64,000 bases of DNA, from assembly GCA_030390025.1 (NCBI GenBank), contig JASTWF010000080.1:558001-622000 (forward strand), read 5' to 3'. Below, in pieces: positions 15,649-27,668 of the stretch (the first letter of the stretch is position 1; every line of letters starts with the position of its first letter). The position numbers were made by a program, and so were the translations under genes. Origin of the DNA: Squalus acanthias. Taxonomy: Eukaryota. The notes below the pieces were generated by a model. That model ran no database searches, was not told the origin of the DNA, and saw only the letters and a list, made by a program, of their open reading frames with translations.

Positions 15649-15924
15649 GAATTCACATGTTGCAAATGATAAGGACTGTTGAGATCACTGAAGATGGCTC
15701 CATTCAGAGAACGATGCGTGTTGGATTTGATGGAAATGACTATCTTAGTTTAGAACCAAACAGAATGAGATGGGTCGCATCCAACTCCTTTGCAGTGAAG
15801 ACCAAGGAGATATGGGATTATGATGAATCCTGGAACGCGTATTGGAAGTGGCACTTGGAAGTAGAACTTGTTGAGCGTTTGAAAACACGTTTGCACTTTG
15901 GAAATAAATATTTTGAAAGGAAAG
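15649..15924 (+). CDS. MHC class I (non-classical) heavy chain, alpha2-domain exon
   Basis: ACTACAG acceptor and AAG|GTATTT donor; 276 bp, phase 1-1 as in class I alpha2 exons; translation GIHMLQ...GFDGNDYLSL...W...TKEIWD...GNKYFERK aligns to class I alpha2 (H93, Q96, D119, G120, D122, Y123, W133, T143, W147, G175 retained, HLA numbering). Confidence 0.93.
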
Positions 15925-15999
15925 GTATTTATTTCAGTTTTCATCCCATGTTTTGATCTAGTATTGTGCAATGAGACAGGGTTAATTAATAATTTTGCA

Positions 16000-18572
16000 G
16001 TAAAGGAGCCTCTGGGGAAGAGTGACCATAATATGATAGAATTTTAAATTGAGTTTGAGAGGATTTAGTTAAGTCTGAAACTAAGGTCTTAAATCTGAAC
16101 AAAGCAAACATAGTAGATATGAGAGGCACGTTGGCTAAAGTAGATTGGGACACTAGATTAAAAGATAGCTGCTAGATAAGTAATACAAAACTTTTGAAGA
16201 AATAACTCATAATTCACTACAAAGATACATTCCCTTAAGGAATAAAAATCCCACAGGAAAATGGTCCAACCATGGCTAACAAGAGAATTTAAAGATAGTA
16301 TTAGATTACAGGAAGAGGCTTATAATGTTGCCAAAAATTGTAGTAAGCCTGAGAAATGGAAGGATTTTAGAATTCAGCAAAGGAGGACCAAGAAATTGAT
16401 AAAGAAAGGGAAAATAGAATGAGAGTAAACTTGCGAGAGACATAAAAACAGACTGTAAAAGCTTCTATAGATATGTAAAAAGGAAAAGATTGGCGAAAGT
16501 AAACGTGGGTCCCTTACAGGCAGAGACAGGAGAAATCATAATGCGGAATAAGGAAATGGCAGAAACATTAAATTAATACTTTGCGTCTGTGTTCACAGAA
16601 GAAGACTGAAGAAACATTCTGGAAATAGTGGAGAACCAAGGGTCTAGTGAGAATGAGGAAATGAAAGAAATTAGTATTAGTACTGGAGAAATTAATGAGA
16701 CTAAAAACCCACAAATCCCTTGGACGTGATGGCCTACATCCTAGGGTTTTAAAATAAATGGCTGTAGAGATAGTGGATGCCTTGGTTTTGATCTTCCAGA
16801 ATTCCCTAGATTCTAGTACGGTCCCCACTATTCAAGAAAGGAGGGAGAGAGAAAACAAGCAACTATAGGCCAGTTAGCCTGACATCAGTTGTCGGGAAAA
16901 TGCTAGAATCTATTATTAAGGACATGGTAACAGGGCACTTAAAAAAATCATAATAGGATTAGGCAGAGTCAACATGGATTTATGAAAGGGAAATCATGTT
17001 TGACAAATCTGTTAAAGTCTATGAGGTTGTAACTAGCAGAATAGATAAGGGGGAACCAGTGGATGTGGTGTATTTGGATTTTCAGAAGGCAGTCGATCAG
17101 GTGCCACACAAGAGATTATTGCACAAAATTAGGGCTCAAAGGACAATCCCCCCCATCCCAGGAATTAGTCTGGTGAACCTTTGTTGCACACCCTCTAAGG
17201 CAAGTGTATCCTTCCTTAGGTAAGAAGAAGGGGTAATATAGTAGCATGAATTGAGGATTGGTTAACGGACAGAAAACAGAGAGTAGGGATAAACGGGTCA
17301 TTTTCGGGTTGGCAGGCTGTATCTAGTGGGTTACCGCAAGAATCAGTGCTTGGGCCTCAACTATTCACAATCTACATCAATGACTTAACTGAGGGGACCG
17401 AGAATAATGCATCCAAGTTTGCTGCTGATACAATGCTCGGTGGGAAAGTAAGTTGTGAGAAGGACGCAACAAGGCTGCAAAGGGATATAAACAGGATAAG
17501 TGAGTGGGCAATAAGGTGGCAGATGGAGTGTAATGTGGAGAAATGTGAAGTTATCCACTTTGGTCAGAGAGTATTTTTTAAATGGCGAGAGATTGGGAAA
17601 TGTTGGTGTTCAGAGGGACCTGCGTGTCCTTGTACACGAATCACTGAAAGTTAACATGCAGGTACAGCAAGCAATTAGGAAAGCAAATGGTATGTTGGCC
17701 TTTATTACAAAAGGATTGGAGTAAAAAGAAAGACTTGCATTTATATAGCTCCTTTCACAACCACCGGACGTCTCAAAGCGCTTTACAGCCAATGTAGTAC
17801 TTTTGAAGTGGAGTCACTGTTGTAATGTGGGAAACGCGACAGCCATTTGCGCATAGCAAGGTCCCACTAACAGCAATGTGATAATGACCAGATAATCTGT
17901 TTTGTTATAAGAGTAAAGATGTCTTATTGCAATTATATAGAGCCCTGGTGAGACCAGAGTCTTGTGTACAGTTTTGGTTTTCTTACCTAAGGAAGGATAT
18001 ACTTGCCTTGGAGGGAGTGCAACGAAGGTTCACTAGACTGATTCCTGGGATGGGAGGATTGTCCTATGAGGAGAGGGAGAGTAGAAATTAGAAATTTACG
18101 GCACAGAAGGAGGCCATTCAGCCCATTGTATATGGACTAGGCCTATATTCCCTAGAGTTTGGAAGAATGAGAGGTGATCTCCTTGAAACATATAAAATTC
18201 TTAAGGGGCTTGACAGGGTAGATGCAGGGAGGATCTTTCCCTGGGCTGGGGAGTTTAGAATTAGGGGTCACAGTCTCAGAATAAGGGGTTGGTCATTTAG
18301 GACCGAGATGAGGAGAAATTTCTTCACTCAGAGGGTGGTGAATCTTTGGAAGTCTCTACCCCAGAGGGCTGTGGATGTTCAGTCATTGAGTATATTTAAG
18401 ACAGAACGATAGATTTTTGGATATTAAGGGAACCAAGCGCTATGGGGATAATGCGGGAAAGTGGAGTTGAGGTATAAGATCTGCCATGATCTTATTGAAT
18501 GGCGGAGCAGGCTCAAAGAGCCGACAGGCCTACTCCTGCTCCTATTTCTTACGTTCTTATGTTTTTATGTTC
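16000..18572 (+). mobile_element. Degenerate 5'-truncated CR1-type LINE in the alpha2-alpha3 intron
   Basis: RT fragments VDVVYLDFQKA, LGPQLFTIYINDL, KFAADT, RGHSLRIRG...FFTQRVVNLW; many stops and frameshifts; TTCTTATG-like tail near 18545-18572. Confidence 0.92.
17724..17908 (-). mobile_element. 3' fragment of a Deu-type SINE (L2-like tail) inserted in the CR1
   Basis: Matches the SINE end at 38102-38260 and 34130-34306 (AAAGACTTGCATTTATATAGC...AAAGCGCTTTACAGCCAATG); interrupts the CR1 reading frame. Confidence 0.8.
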
Positions 18573-18660
18573 TGATCTAACTTCACAGATCTATGAAACC
18601 GTTCTTCCATTCCATTCGGTGTCTGTCTACTGTTTGTGTTTTCTCCCTTTCCCCTCTCAG

Positions 18661-18939
18661 TTCAGCCCGAAGTGTTCATCTCTAGAAGTGACCCCAATAG
18701 TCAGTACAAACCGCCCACTCTCTCCTGCCTGGTTACTGGATTTTACCCTGTAGACATCGAGGTGACCAGGCTAAGGAATGGAGAGCCAGTGTCTGAGAGC
18801 CACTCCTCGGGGGTTCGACCGAACCACAATGGGACCCATCAGATCAAGAAAGAGATTGAAGTAACTGCTGGGGATGAGGATCAATACTCCTGTCAAATTG
18901 AACACAGCAGCCTGGCAGAGGCAAAGGTCTATCGGTGGG
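18661..18939 (+). CDS. MHC class I heavy chain, alpha3 (Ig C1-set) exon
   Basis: Strong polypyrimidine tract + CAG acceptor, TGGG|GTAAGG donor; 279 bp, phase 1-1; VQPEVF...LSCLVTGFYPVDIEV...PNHNGTHQ...YSCQIEHSSL with both Ig cysteines. Confidence 0.96.
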
Positions 18940-18989
18940 GTAAGGAACTGCACTGGATGTGTGCGTGTGTCTCTGTGAGCATGTATGGA

Positions 18990-21250
18990 TCATAGGAATA
19001 TGAGTAGGACATTCGGCCCCTTGAGTCTGTTCCACCATTCAATGAGATCATGACTGATCAGTACCTCAACTCCATTTACCCGTCATTGCTCTACATCCCT
19101 TGATACCCTTACCCAACAAAAATCACTCAATCTCAGTCACAAAAATTTCAATTGAACCCACAGACTTTTGGGGGAGAGAGTTCCAGATTTCCACTGCCCT
19201 TTGTGTGAAGAAGTGCTTTCTGATTTCACTCCTAAATGTCCGAGCTCTAATTGTAAAATTGTGCTCTTTTGTTCCGGATTCACCACCAGTGAAAATAGTT
19301 TCTCTGTATCTACCCTATCGAATCCCTTTATAATTTTAAACACCTCAATGTGATCATCCTTCACCCTTCTACACTCAGTGCAATACAAACCAACTTTGTC
19401 CTCAAAATGTAACCCTCTGAGCTGGTATAATTCTGGTGAATCTGCTCTGTACCCCCTCCAAGGCCAATATATCTTACGTGAGGTTTGGTGCCCAGAACTG
19501 AATGTAGTACGCCAGAGGTGGGTTAGAGGAACAAAGGGATCTCGGAGTAAAATACACAAATCACTAAAAGTTGCGCCACAGGTTAGCAAGCCCATAAAAA
19601 AAGCAAATCAAGCACTGGGGTTTATTTCTAGAAGGATAGAATGGAAAAGTAGTGAAGTTATGCTAAACCTGTATTGAACCTTGGTTAGACCACACTTAGA
19701 GTACTGCGTACAGTTCTAGTCGCCATATTATAAAAAGGATATAGAGGCACTGGAGAGGGTGCAGAGAAGATTTACAAGGATGATACCAGAAATGTGAGGG
19801 TATACATATCAGGAAAGGATGAACAGGCTGGGTCTCTTTTCACTTGAAAAAAGAAGGCTGAGGGGTGACCTAATAGATGTCTATAAAATTATGACCGGAT
19901 TTGATTGAGTGGATACAGAGAAAATGTTTCCACTTGTGGGGAAGAGCATAGAGGCCATCAATATAAGATAGTCACCAAGAAATCCAATCGGGAATTCAGA
20001 AGAAACTTCTTTACCCAGAGAGTGGTGAGAATGTGAAACTCGCTACCACAGGGAGTGGTTGAAGCGAATCGTATAGATTCATTTAAGGGGAGGCTGGACA
20101 AACATATGAGGAGAACAGAATAGAGGGTTATGCTGACAGATTTAGATGAGGAAAGACGGGAGGAGGCTCGAGTGGAGCACAAACACCGGCATGGACTGGT
20201 TGCGCCGAATGGCCTGTTTCTGTGCCGTATATCCTATGTAATCCTGTGTAATGTAATGTAGTCTGACCAAAGCTCTGTACACCTGAAGCATAATTTCCTC
20301 ACTTTCTATTCTCACCCCCTTGAGATTAAGGCCAACATTCCATTAGCCTTTCTGATTGCTTTATTTAACCCTGGCACGAGCTTTTAGTGATTTGTGGATA
20401 TGGACACCCAAATCTCTTTGCTCCTTTACAGCTCCTGGTCTCTCACCATTGAGACAATATTCCAATCTGTCTTTCTCAGATCTCGCGTGGATGATCTCAC
20501 ACTTCCCCACCTTGGGCAAAACTGTGGCAGATGCAGTTGAGTCATTTAATCTGTCAATGTCCCTTTACTGTGCATCCTAACTTAGTGCCATCTGTAAACT
20601 TGGATATACAACTCCCTGTTCCTTCATCCAAGTCATTGATATATATGGTGAAAAGCTGAGGCCTCAGTACAGATCCCTGGGGAACACCACTCGGAACATC
20701 CTGCCAATCGGAGCACATTCCCTTTATCCCGATTCTCTGCCTCCTTCCTCCCAACCAATTTTCAACCCATGTCACAAGATTAGCTCCAATTCTGTAAGCT
20801 TTTATTTCTGCTAATAATCTGTTGTGAGGAACCATATCAAATGCCTTCTGGAAGTCCATATACACAACATCCACCGACACTGCCTTATCCACCATGTTAG
20901 TGACCTCCTCATAAAATTTAAAATTCAATTAGATTAGTCAGACAGGACCTACCCTTCACAAATCCATGCTGACTCTCTGATCAGCCGATACTTGTCTAAG
21001 TGCTCTGTATCTCAATCTCTGGTCACTGTGTCAGCCTTTCCCTTTACCTGGATACTCTCACTTCTTTCATTTGTCGACCATGGTTGCCTAACTACAGAAG
21101 TGGAGTCTTTGCGTTGTCGGGGAAAGTCCTGGTGTTGGATTGTACCCGGTACTTCTTTTGAAGCGTCCCCACTGTTTATCTGTAGCTTTACTCATTACCA
21201 GCTCAGCCCAGTTTGCTGCAGTCAATTTATTCCCCATCCCTTTGAAGTTT
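18990..21250 (-). mobile_element. Degenerate CR1-type LINE (minus strand), split by a younger CR1 insertion
   Basis: Minus-strand RT fragment DVVYMDFQKAFD...GVPQGSVL...YINDLD (ORF 20554-20928); 3' portion 18990-19516 continues at 20261. Confidence 0.85.
19517..20260 (+). mobile_element. 5'-truncated CR1-type LINE 3' end nested in the minus-strand CR1
   Basis: LVRPHLEYCVQ-like and FFTQRVVRM-like coding remnants; tail near 20230-20260; same family as 61209-62362. Confidence 0.85.
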
Positions 21251-21589
21251 GATGTGAAATCCATCAGTGATGCTGACTCCTGGGGCGTACAATGTGACCC
21301 TGGGGATGGACCCAGGACAGGACACAGAGACATGGGGGGTAAATTGAACTGAGCTCGCTGGGCAGGTAACCCTGGGATCGGGGCAACGCCGGTCCATCAC
21401 CACCATCAATGAGACTCTTTATTGACTCCAATGGAGAGTGAGATCAGGCGAGAGTAAAACCAGCGTTGGACCCGATCCCTCAGATTCCCGACGGGCGGGT
21501 GAGGTTAAAATTGTCCCTCCATCGACACCGAACTGGGAATGAATCCAGGAACAGAGAAACTATCCTGATATTATTCAAATGTGTTTCAG

Positions 21590-21703
21590 AAATACCGGAA
21601 AACTGTGGTGCACGCTCCCATCATGGAATTATAATTGGAACAGTCGCTGCACTGGTTATAATCGGGATAATCGGAATATTCATCTGGATAAAACAACGGA
21701 GAG
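21590..21703 (+). CDS. MHC class I connecting-peptide/transmembrane exon
   Basis: TTTCAG acceptor, GAG|GTAAGA donor; 114 bp, phase 1-1, in frame with alpha3; EIPENCGARSHH-GIIIGTVAALVIIGIIGIFIWI-KQRR (hydrophobic span plus basic stop-transfer residues). Confidence 0.88.
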
Positions 21704-21711
21704 GTAAGAAT

Positions 21712-22003
21712 CAGAGAGAAGGGAATGTAGAACTGAGGGACAGAGTGAGTGTGGGGAATCTCCAGTACTGGGAGCACAGGGCACTGAGAGGAGAGAGTGA
21801 GAGAGGAATGTAGAACTGAGGGACAGAGTGAGTGTGGGGAATCTCCAGTACTGGGAGCACAGGGCACTGAGAGGAGAGAGTGAGAGAGAGGAATGTAGAA
21901 CTGAGGGACAGAGTGAGTGTGGGGAATCTCCAGTACTGGGAGCACAGGGCACTGAGAGGGGAGAGTGAGAGAGAGGAATGTAGAACTGAGGGACAGAGTG
22001 AGT
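21712..22003. repeat. Minisatellite, 83-85-bp unit, about 3.5 copies, directly after the TM donor
   Basis: GGAATGTAGAACTGAGGGACAG recurs at 21722, 21805, 21890 and 21975. Confidence 0.95.
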
Positions 22004-22106
22004 ACACAGTCTCCGATCCTCACACTGGGTGTGTGCTCACACTCTGATATTGGGTTATCCCCATTCTAACTGACATTTATTACACTCTGCGTTACTCACA
22101 CCAATC

Positions 22107-25100
22107 ACGCGCCCTCCAGTCCCTCAAACTCCAGTCCCTCAAACACCCGTCCCTCAAACTCCCGTCCCTCAAACTCCAATCCCTCGCCCTCCAGTCCCTC
22201 GCCCTCCAGTCCCTCGCCCTCCAGTCCCTCAAATTCCAGTCCCTCAAACTCCAGTCCCTCAAACTCCAATCCCTCGCCCTCCAGTCCCTCGCCCTCCAGT
22301 CCCTCAAACTCCAGTCCCTCAAACTCCAGTCCCTCAAACTCCAATCCCTCGCCCTCCAATCCCTCGTCCGCCAGTCCCTCGCCCTCCAGTCCCTCACCCT
22401 CCAGTCCCTCGCCCTCCAGTCCCTCGCCCTCGAGTCCCTCGCCCTCCAGTCCCTCCCCTTCCAGTCCCACACCCTGCACTCCCCCTCCACTCCCTCACCC
22501 TCCAGTCCATTGTCCTCCAGTCCCTCACCCTCCATTCCCTCACCCTACAGTCCCTTTTCCTCCAATTCTTCACCCTCCAGTCCCTTGTCCTCCAGTCCCT
22601 CGCCCTCCAGTCCCTCGCCCTCCAATCCCTCGCCCTCCAGTCCCTCGCCCTCCAGCCCCTCGCCCTCCACTCGCTCACCCTCCAGTCCCTCGTCCTCCAG
22701 TCCCTCGCTCTCCAGTCCCTCGCCCTCCAGTCCCTTGCTCTCCAGTCCCTCCCCCTCCAGTCCCTCGCCCTCCACTCCCTCGCCCTCCAGTCCCTCGCCC
22801 TCCAGTCCCTCGCCCTCCAGTCCCTCGCCCTCCAGTCCCTCACCCTCCTGTCCCTCACCCTCCAGTCCCTGGCCCTCCAGTCCCTCCCCCTCCAGCCCCT
22901 CCCCGTCCAGTCCTTCGCCTTCCAGTCCATCGTCCTCCAGCCCCTCGCCTTCCAGTCCCTCGCCCTCCAGTCCCTCCCCCTCCAGTCCCTCCCCCTCCAG
23001 CCCCTCGCCCTCCAGTCCCTTGCCCTCCAGTCCCTCGCCCTCCAGTCCCTCAGCCTCCAGTCCTTCGCCTTCCAGACCCTCACCCTCCAGTCCCTCGCCC
23101 TCCATCCCCTCACCCTCCACTCGCTCGCCCTCCAGTCCCTCCCGCTCCAATCCCTCCCCCTCCAGTCCCTCGCCCTCCAGCCCCTCGCCCTCCAGCCCCT
23201 CGCCCTCCAGCCCCTCGCCCTCCAGCCCCTCGCCCTCCAGCCACTCGCCCTCCAGTCCCTCGCCCTCCAGTCCCTCGCCCTCCAATCCCTCGCCCTCCAG
23301 TCCCTCGCCCTCCAGCCCCTCGCCCTCCACTCGCTCACCCTCCAGTCCCTCGTCCTCCAGTCCCTCGTCCGCCAGTCCCTCGCCCTCCACTCCCTCGCCC
23401 TCCAGTCCCTCGTCCTCCAGTCCCTCACCTTCCAGTCCCTCCCCCTCCAGTCCCTCACCCTCCAGTCCCTCGTCATCCAGTCCCTCGCCCTCCAGTCCCT
23501 CACCCTCCAGTCCCTCGCCCTCCTGCCCATCCCCCTCCAGTCCCTCGCCCTCCAGTCCCTCGCCCTCCAGTCCCTCGTCCTCCAGTCGCTCGACCTCCAG
23601 ACCCTCGCCCTCCAGCCCCTCGCCCTCCAATCACTCGCCCTCCAGTCCCTCGCCCTCCTGCCCATCCCCCTCCAGGCCCTAGCCCTCCAGTCCCTCGCCC
23701 TCCAGTCCCTCGTCCTCCAGTCTCTCGCCCTCCAGTCTCTCGCCCTCCAGTCCCTCCCCCTCCTGCCCCTCCCCCTCCAGTCCCTCGCCCTCCAGTCCCT
23801 CGCCCTCCAGCCACTCGCCCTCCCGCCACTCGCCCTCCAGTCCCTCCCCCTCCAGTCCGTCCCCCTCCAGTCCCTCGCCCTCCAGTCCCTCCCCCTCCAG
23901 GCCCTAGCCCTCCAGTCCCTCGCCCTCCAGTCCCTCGTCCTCCAGTCTCTCGCCCTCCAGTCTCTCGCCCTCCAGTCCCTCCCCCTCCTGCCCCTCCCCC
24001 TCCAGGCTCTCGCCCTCCAGGCTCTCGCCCTCCAGTCCCTCGCCCTCCAGCCACTCGCCCACTCGCCCTCCAGTCCCTCCCCCTCCAGTCCGTCCCCCTC
24101 CAGTCCCTCGCCCTCCAGTCCCTCGCCCTCCAGTCCCTCCCCCTCCAGTCCATCCCCCTCCAGTCCCTCGCCCTCCACTCCCTCACCCTCCAGTCCCTCC
24201 CCCTCCAGCTCCTCCCCCTCCTGTCCCTCCCCCTCCAGTCCCTCGCCCTCCAGTCCCTCGCCCTCCTGCCCCTCCCCCACCAGTCCCTCACCCTCCAGTC
24301 CCTCGCCCTCCAGTCCCTCGCCCTCCAGCCGCTTGCTCTCCACTCCCTCCCCCTCCAGTCCCTCGCCCTCCAGTCCCTCGCCCTCCACTCCCTCGCCCTC
24401 CAGTCCATCGCCCTCCAGTCCCTCGCCCTCCAGTCCCTCCCCCTCCAATCCCTCCCCCTCCAGTCCTTCACCCTGCAGACCCTTGCCCTCCAGTCCCTCG
24501 CCCTCCAGACCCTCGCCCTCCAGACCCTCGCCCTCCAGTCCCTCCCCCTCCAGTCCCTCGCCCTTCAATCCCTCACCCTCCAGTCTCAAGTCCTCCAGTC
24601 CCTCGCCCTCCAGTCCTTCGTCCTCCAGTCCCTCGTCCTCCAGTCCCTCCTTCTCTAGTCCCTCACCTTCCAGTCCCTCGCCCTCCAGTCCCTCGCTCTC
24701 CAGTCCCTCGCCTTCCAGTCGCTCGCCCTCCAGTCCCTCGCTCTCCAGTCCATCGCCCTCCAGTCCCTCCCGTCCCTCCCCCTCCAGTCCATCGCCTTCC
24801 AGTCCCTCGCCTTCCAGTCCCTCGTCCTCAAGTCCCTCGCCCTCCAGTCCCTCGCCCTCCAGTCCCTCGCCCTCCTGCCCCTCCCCCACCAGTCCCTCAC
24901 CCTCCAGTCCCTCGCCCTCCAGTCCCTCGCCCTCCAGCCGCTTGCTCTCCACTCCCTCCCCCTCCAGTCCCTCGCCCTCCAGTCCCTCGCCCTCCACTCC
25001 CTCGCCCTCCAGTCCATCGCCCTCCAGTCCCTCGCCCTCCAGTCCCTCCCCCTCCAATCCCTCCCCCTCCAGTCCTTCACCCTGCAGACCCTTGCCCTCC

Positions 25101-27668
25101 AGTCCCTCGCCCTCCAGACCCTCGCCCTCCAGACCCTCGCCCTCCAGTCCCTCCCCCTCCAGTCCCTCGCCCTTCAATCCCTCACCCTCCAGTCTCAAGT
25201 CCTCCAGTCCCTCGCCCTCCAGTCCTTCGTCCTCCAGTCCCTCGTCCTCCAGTCCCTCCTTCTCTAGTCCCTCACCTTCCAGTCCCTCGCCCTCCAGTCC
25301 CTCGCTCTCCAGTCCCTCGCCTTCCAGTCGCTCGCCCTCCAGTCCCTCGCTCTCCAGTCCATCGCCCTCCAGTCCCTCCCGTCCCTCCCCCTCCAGTCCA
25401 TCGCCTTCCAGTCCCTCGCCTTCCAGTCCCTCGTCCTCAAGTCCCTCGCCCTCCAGTCCCTCGCCCTCCAGTCACTCCCGCTCCAATCCCTCCCCCTCCA
25501 GTCCCTCGCCCTCCACTCCCTCGCCCTCCAGTCCCTCCCGCTCCAGTCCCTCCCCCTCCAGTCCCTCGCCCTCCAGTCCCTCGTCCTCCAGTCCCTCACC
25601 TTCCAGTCCCTCCCCCTCCAGTCCCTCACCCTCCAGTCCCTCGTCATCCAGTCCCTCGCCCTCCAGTCCCTCACCCTCCAGTCCCTCGCCCTCCTGCCCA
25701 TCCCCCTCCAGTGCCTCCCCCTCCAGTCCCTCCCCCTCCAGTCACTCCCGCTCCAATCCCTCCCCCTCCAGTCCCTCGCCCTCCACTCCCTCGCCCTCCA
25801 GTCCCTCCCGCTCCAGTCCCTCCCCCTCCAGTCCCTCGCCCTCCAGTCCCTCGTCCTCCAGCCCCTCGCCCTCCAGCCCCTCGCCCTCCAGTCCCTCGTC
25901 CTCCAGTCCCTCGCCCTCCAGTCCCTCGCCCTCCAGTCCCTCGCCCTCCAGTCCCTCGCCCTCCAGCCCCTCGCCCTCCACTCCCTCGTCCTCCAGTCCC
26001 TCGCCCGCCAGCCCCTCGCCCTCCACTCCCTCGCCCTCCAGTCCCTCGTCTTCCAGTCCCTCCCCTCCAGTCCCTCCCCCTCCAGTCCCTCGCCCTCCAG
26101 TCCCTCGCCCTCCAGTCCCTCGCCCTCCTGCCCCTCCCCCTCCAGTCCCTCGCTTTCCAGCCCCTCGCCCTCCTGCCCCTCCCCCTCCAGTCCCTCACCC
26201 TCCAGTCCCTCGTCCTCCAGTCCCTCACCCTCCAGTCCCTCGCTCTCCAGTCCCTCGCCCACCAGTCCCTCCCCCTCCAGTCCCTCGCCCTCCACTCCCT
26301 CGCCCTCCACTCCCTCACCCTCCAGTCCCTCCCCCTCAAGCTCCTCCCCCTCCTGTCCCTCCCCCTCCAGTCCCTCGCCCTCCAGTCCCAGGCCTCCAGC
26401 CCCTCGCCCTCCTGCCCCTCCCCCACCAGTCCCTCACCCTCCAGTCCCTCGCCCTCCAGCCCCTCGCTCTCCACTCCCTCGCCCTCCACTCCCTCGACCT
26501 CCAGTCCATCGCCCACCAGTCCCTCGCCCTCCAGACCCTCGCCCTCCAGCCACTCGCCCTCCAGCCACTCGCCCTCCAGTCCCTCGCCCTCCAGTCCCTC
26601 CCCCTCCAGTCCCTCGCCCTCCAGTCCCTCGCCCTCCAATCCCTCACCCTCCAGTCTCAAGTCCTCCAGTCCCTCGCCCTCCAGTCCTTCGCCCTCCAGT
26701 CCCTCGTCCTCCAGTCCCTCGTCCTCCAGTCTCTCCCCTTCCAGTCCCTCGCCCTCCAGTCCCTCGCCCTCCAGTCCCTCGCCTTCCAGTCGCTCGCCCT
26801 CCAGTCCCTCGCCCTCCAGTCCCTCGCTCTCCAGTCCATCGCCCTCCAGTCCCTCCCGTCCCTCCCCCTCCAGTCCCTCGCCTTCCAGTCCCTCGCCTTC
26901 CAGTCCCTCGCCCACCAGTCCCTCCCCCTCCAGTCTCTCGCCTTCCAGTCCCTCGCCCTCCAGTCCCTCCCACTCCAGTCCCTCACCCACCAGTCCCTCC
27001 CCCTCCAGTCCCTCCCCCTCCAGTCCCTCCCCCTCCAGTCCCTCCCCCTCCAGTCCCTCCCCCTCCAGTCCCTCCCCCTCCAGTCCCTCCCCCTCCAGCC
27101 CCTCCCCCTCCAGTCCCTCCCCCTCCAGTCCCTCCCCCTCCAGTCCCTCCCCCTCCAGTCCCTCCCCCTCCAGTCCCTCCCCCTCCAGTCCCTCGCCCTC
27201 CAGTCCCTCGTCCTCCAGTCCCTCCCCCTCCAGTCCCTCGCCCTCCAGTCCCTCGCCCTCCAGTCCCTCCCCATCCAGTCCCTCGTCCTCCAGTCCCTCC
27301 CCCTCCAGTCCCTCGCCCTCCAGTCTCTCGCCTTCCAGTCCCTCGCCTTCCAGACCCTCGCCCTGCAGTCTCTCGCCCTCCAGTCCCTCGCCCTCCAGTC
27401 TCTCGCCTTCCAGTCCATCGCCCTCCAGTCCCTCCCCCTCCAGTCCCTCCACCTCCAGGCCCTCCCTCTCCAGTCCCTCCCCCTCCAGTCCCTCGCCCTC
27501 CAGTCCCTCGCCCTCCAGTCCCTCCCCCTCCAGTTCCTCCACCTCCAGTCCCTCGCCCTCCAGTCCCCCCTCCAGTCCCTCGCCCTCCAGTTTCTCACCC
27601 ACCAGCCCCTCCCCCTCCAGTCCCCCTCCAGTCCCTCGCCCTCCAGTCCCCCCTCCAGACCCTCGCCA
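22107..27668. repeat. C-rich/G-rich 15-bp satellite (CCCTCCAGTCCCTCG)n, about 5.5 kb
   Basis: 15-bp period seen directly; stop-free in several frames, giving spurious PSSPS/LEGEG/RARDW/LQSLA ORFs. Confidence 0.98.

Noticed and set aside
15543-15956. ORF-track versions of the class I exons as stand-alone proteins (also 18636-18995 and 21466-21813)
   Set aside because: They extend into intron sequence; the real boundaries are set by the AG/GT sites and phase-1 junctions
21334-21518. Possible decayed Harbinger-type MITE (GGGGGGTAAATTG...AAAATTGTCCC)
   Set aside because: Terminal inverted repeats are too degenerate to support from this copy alone
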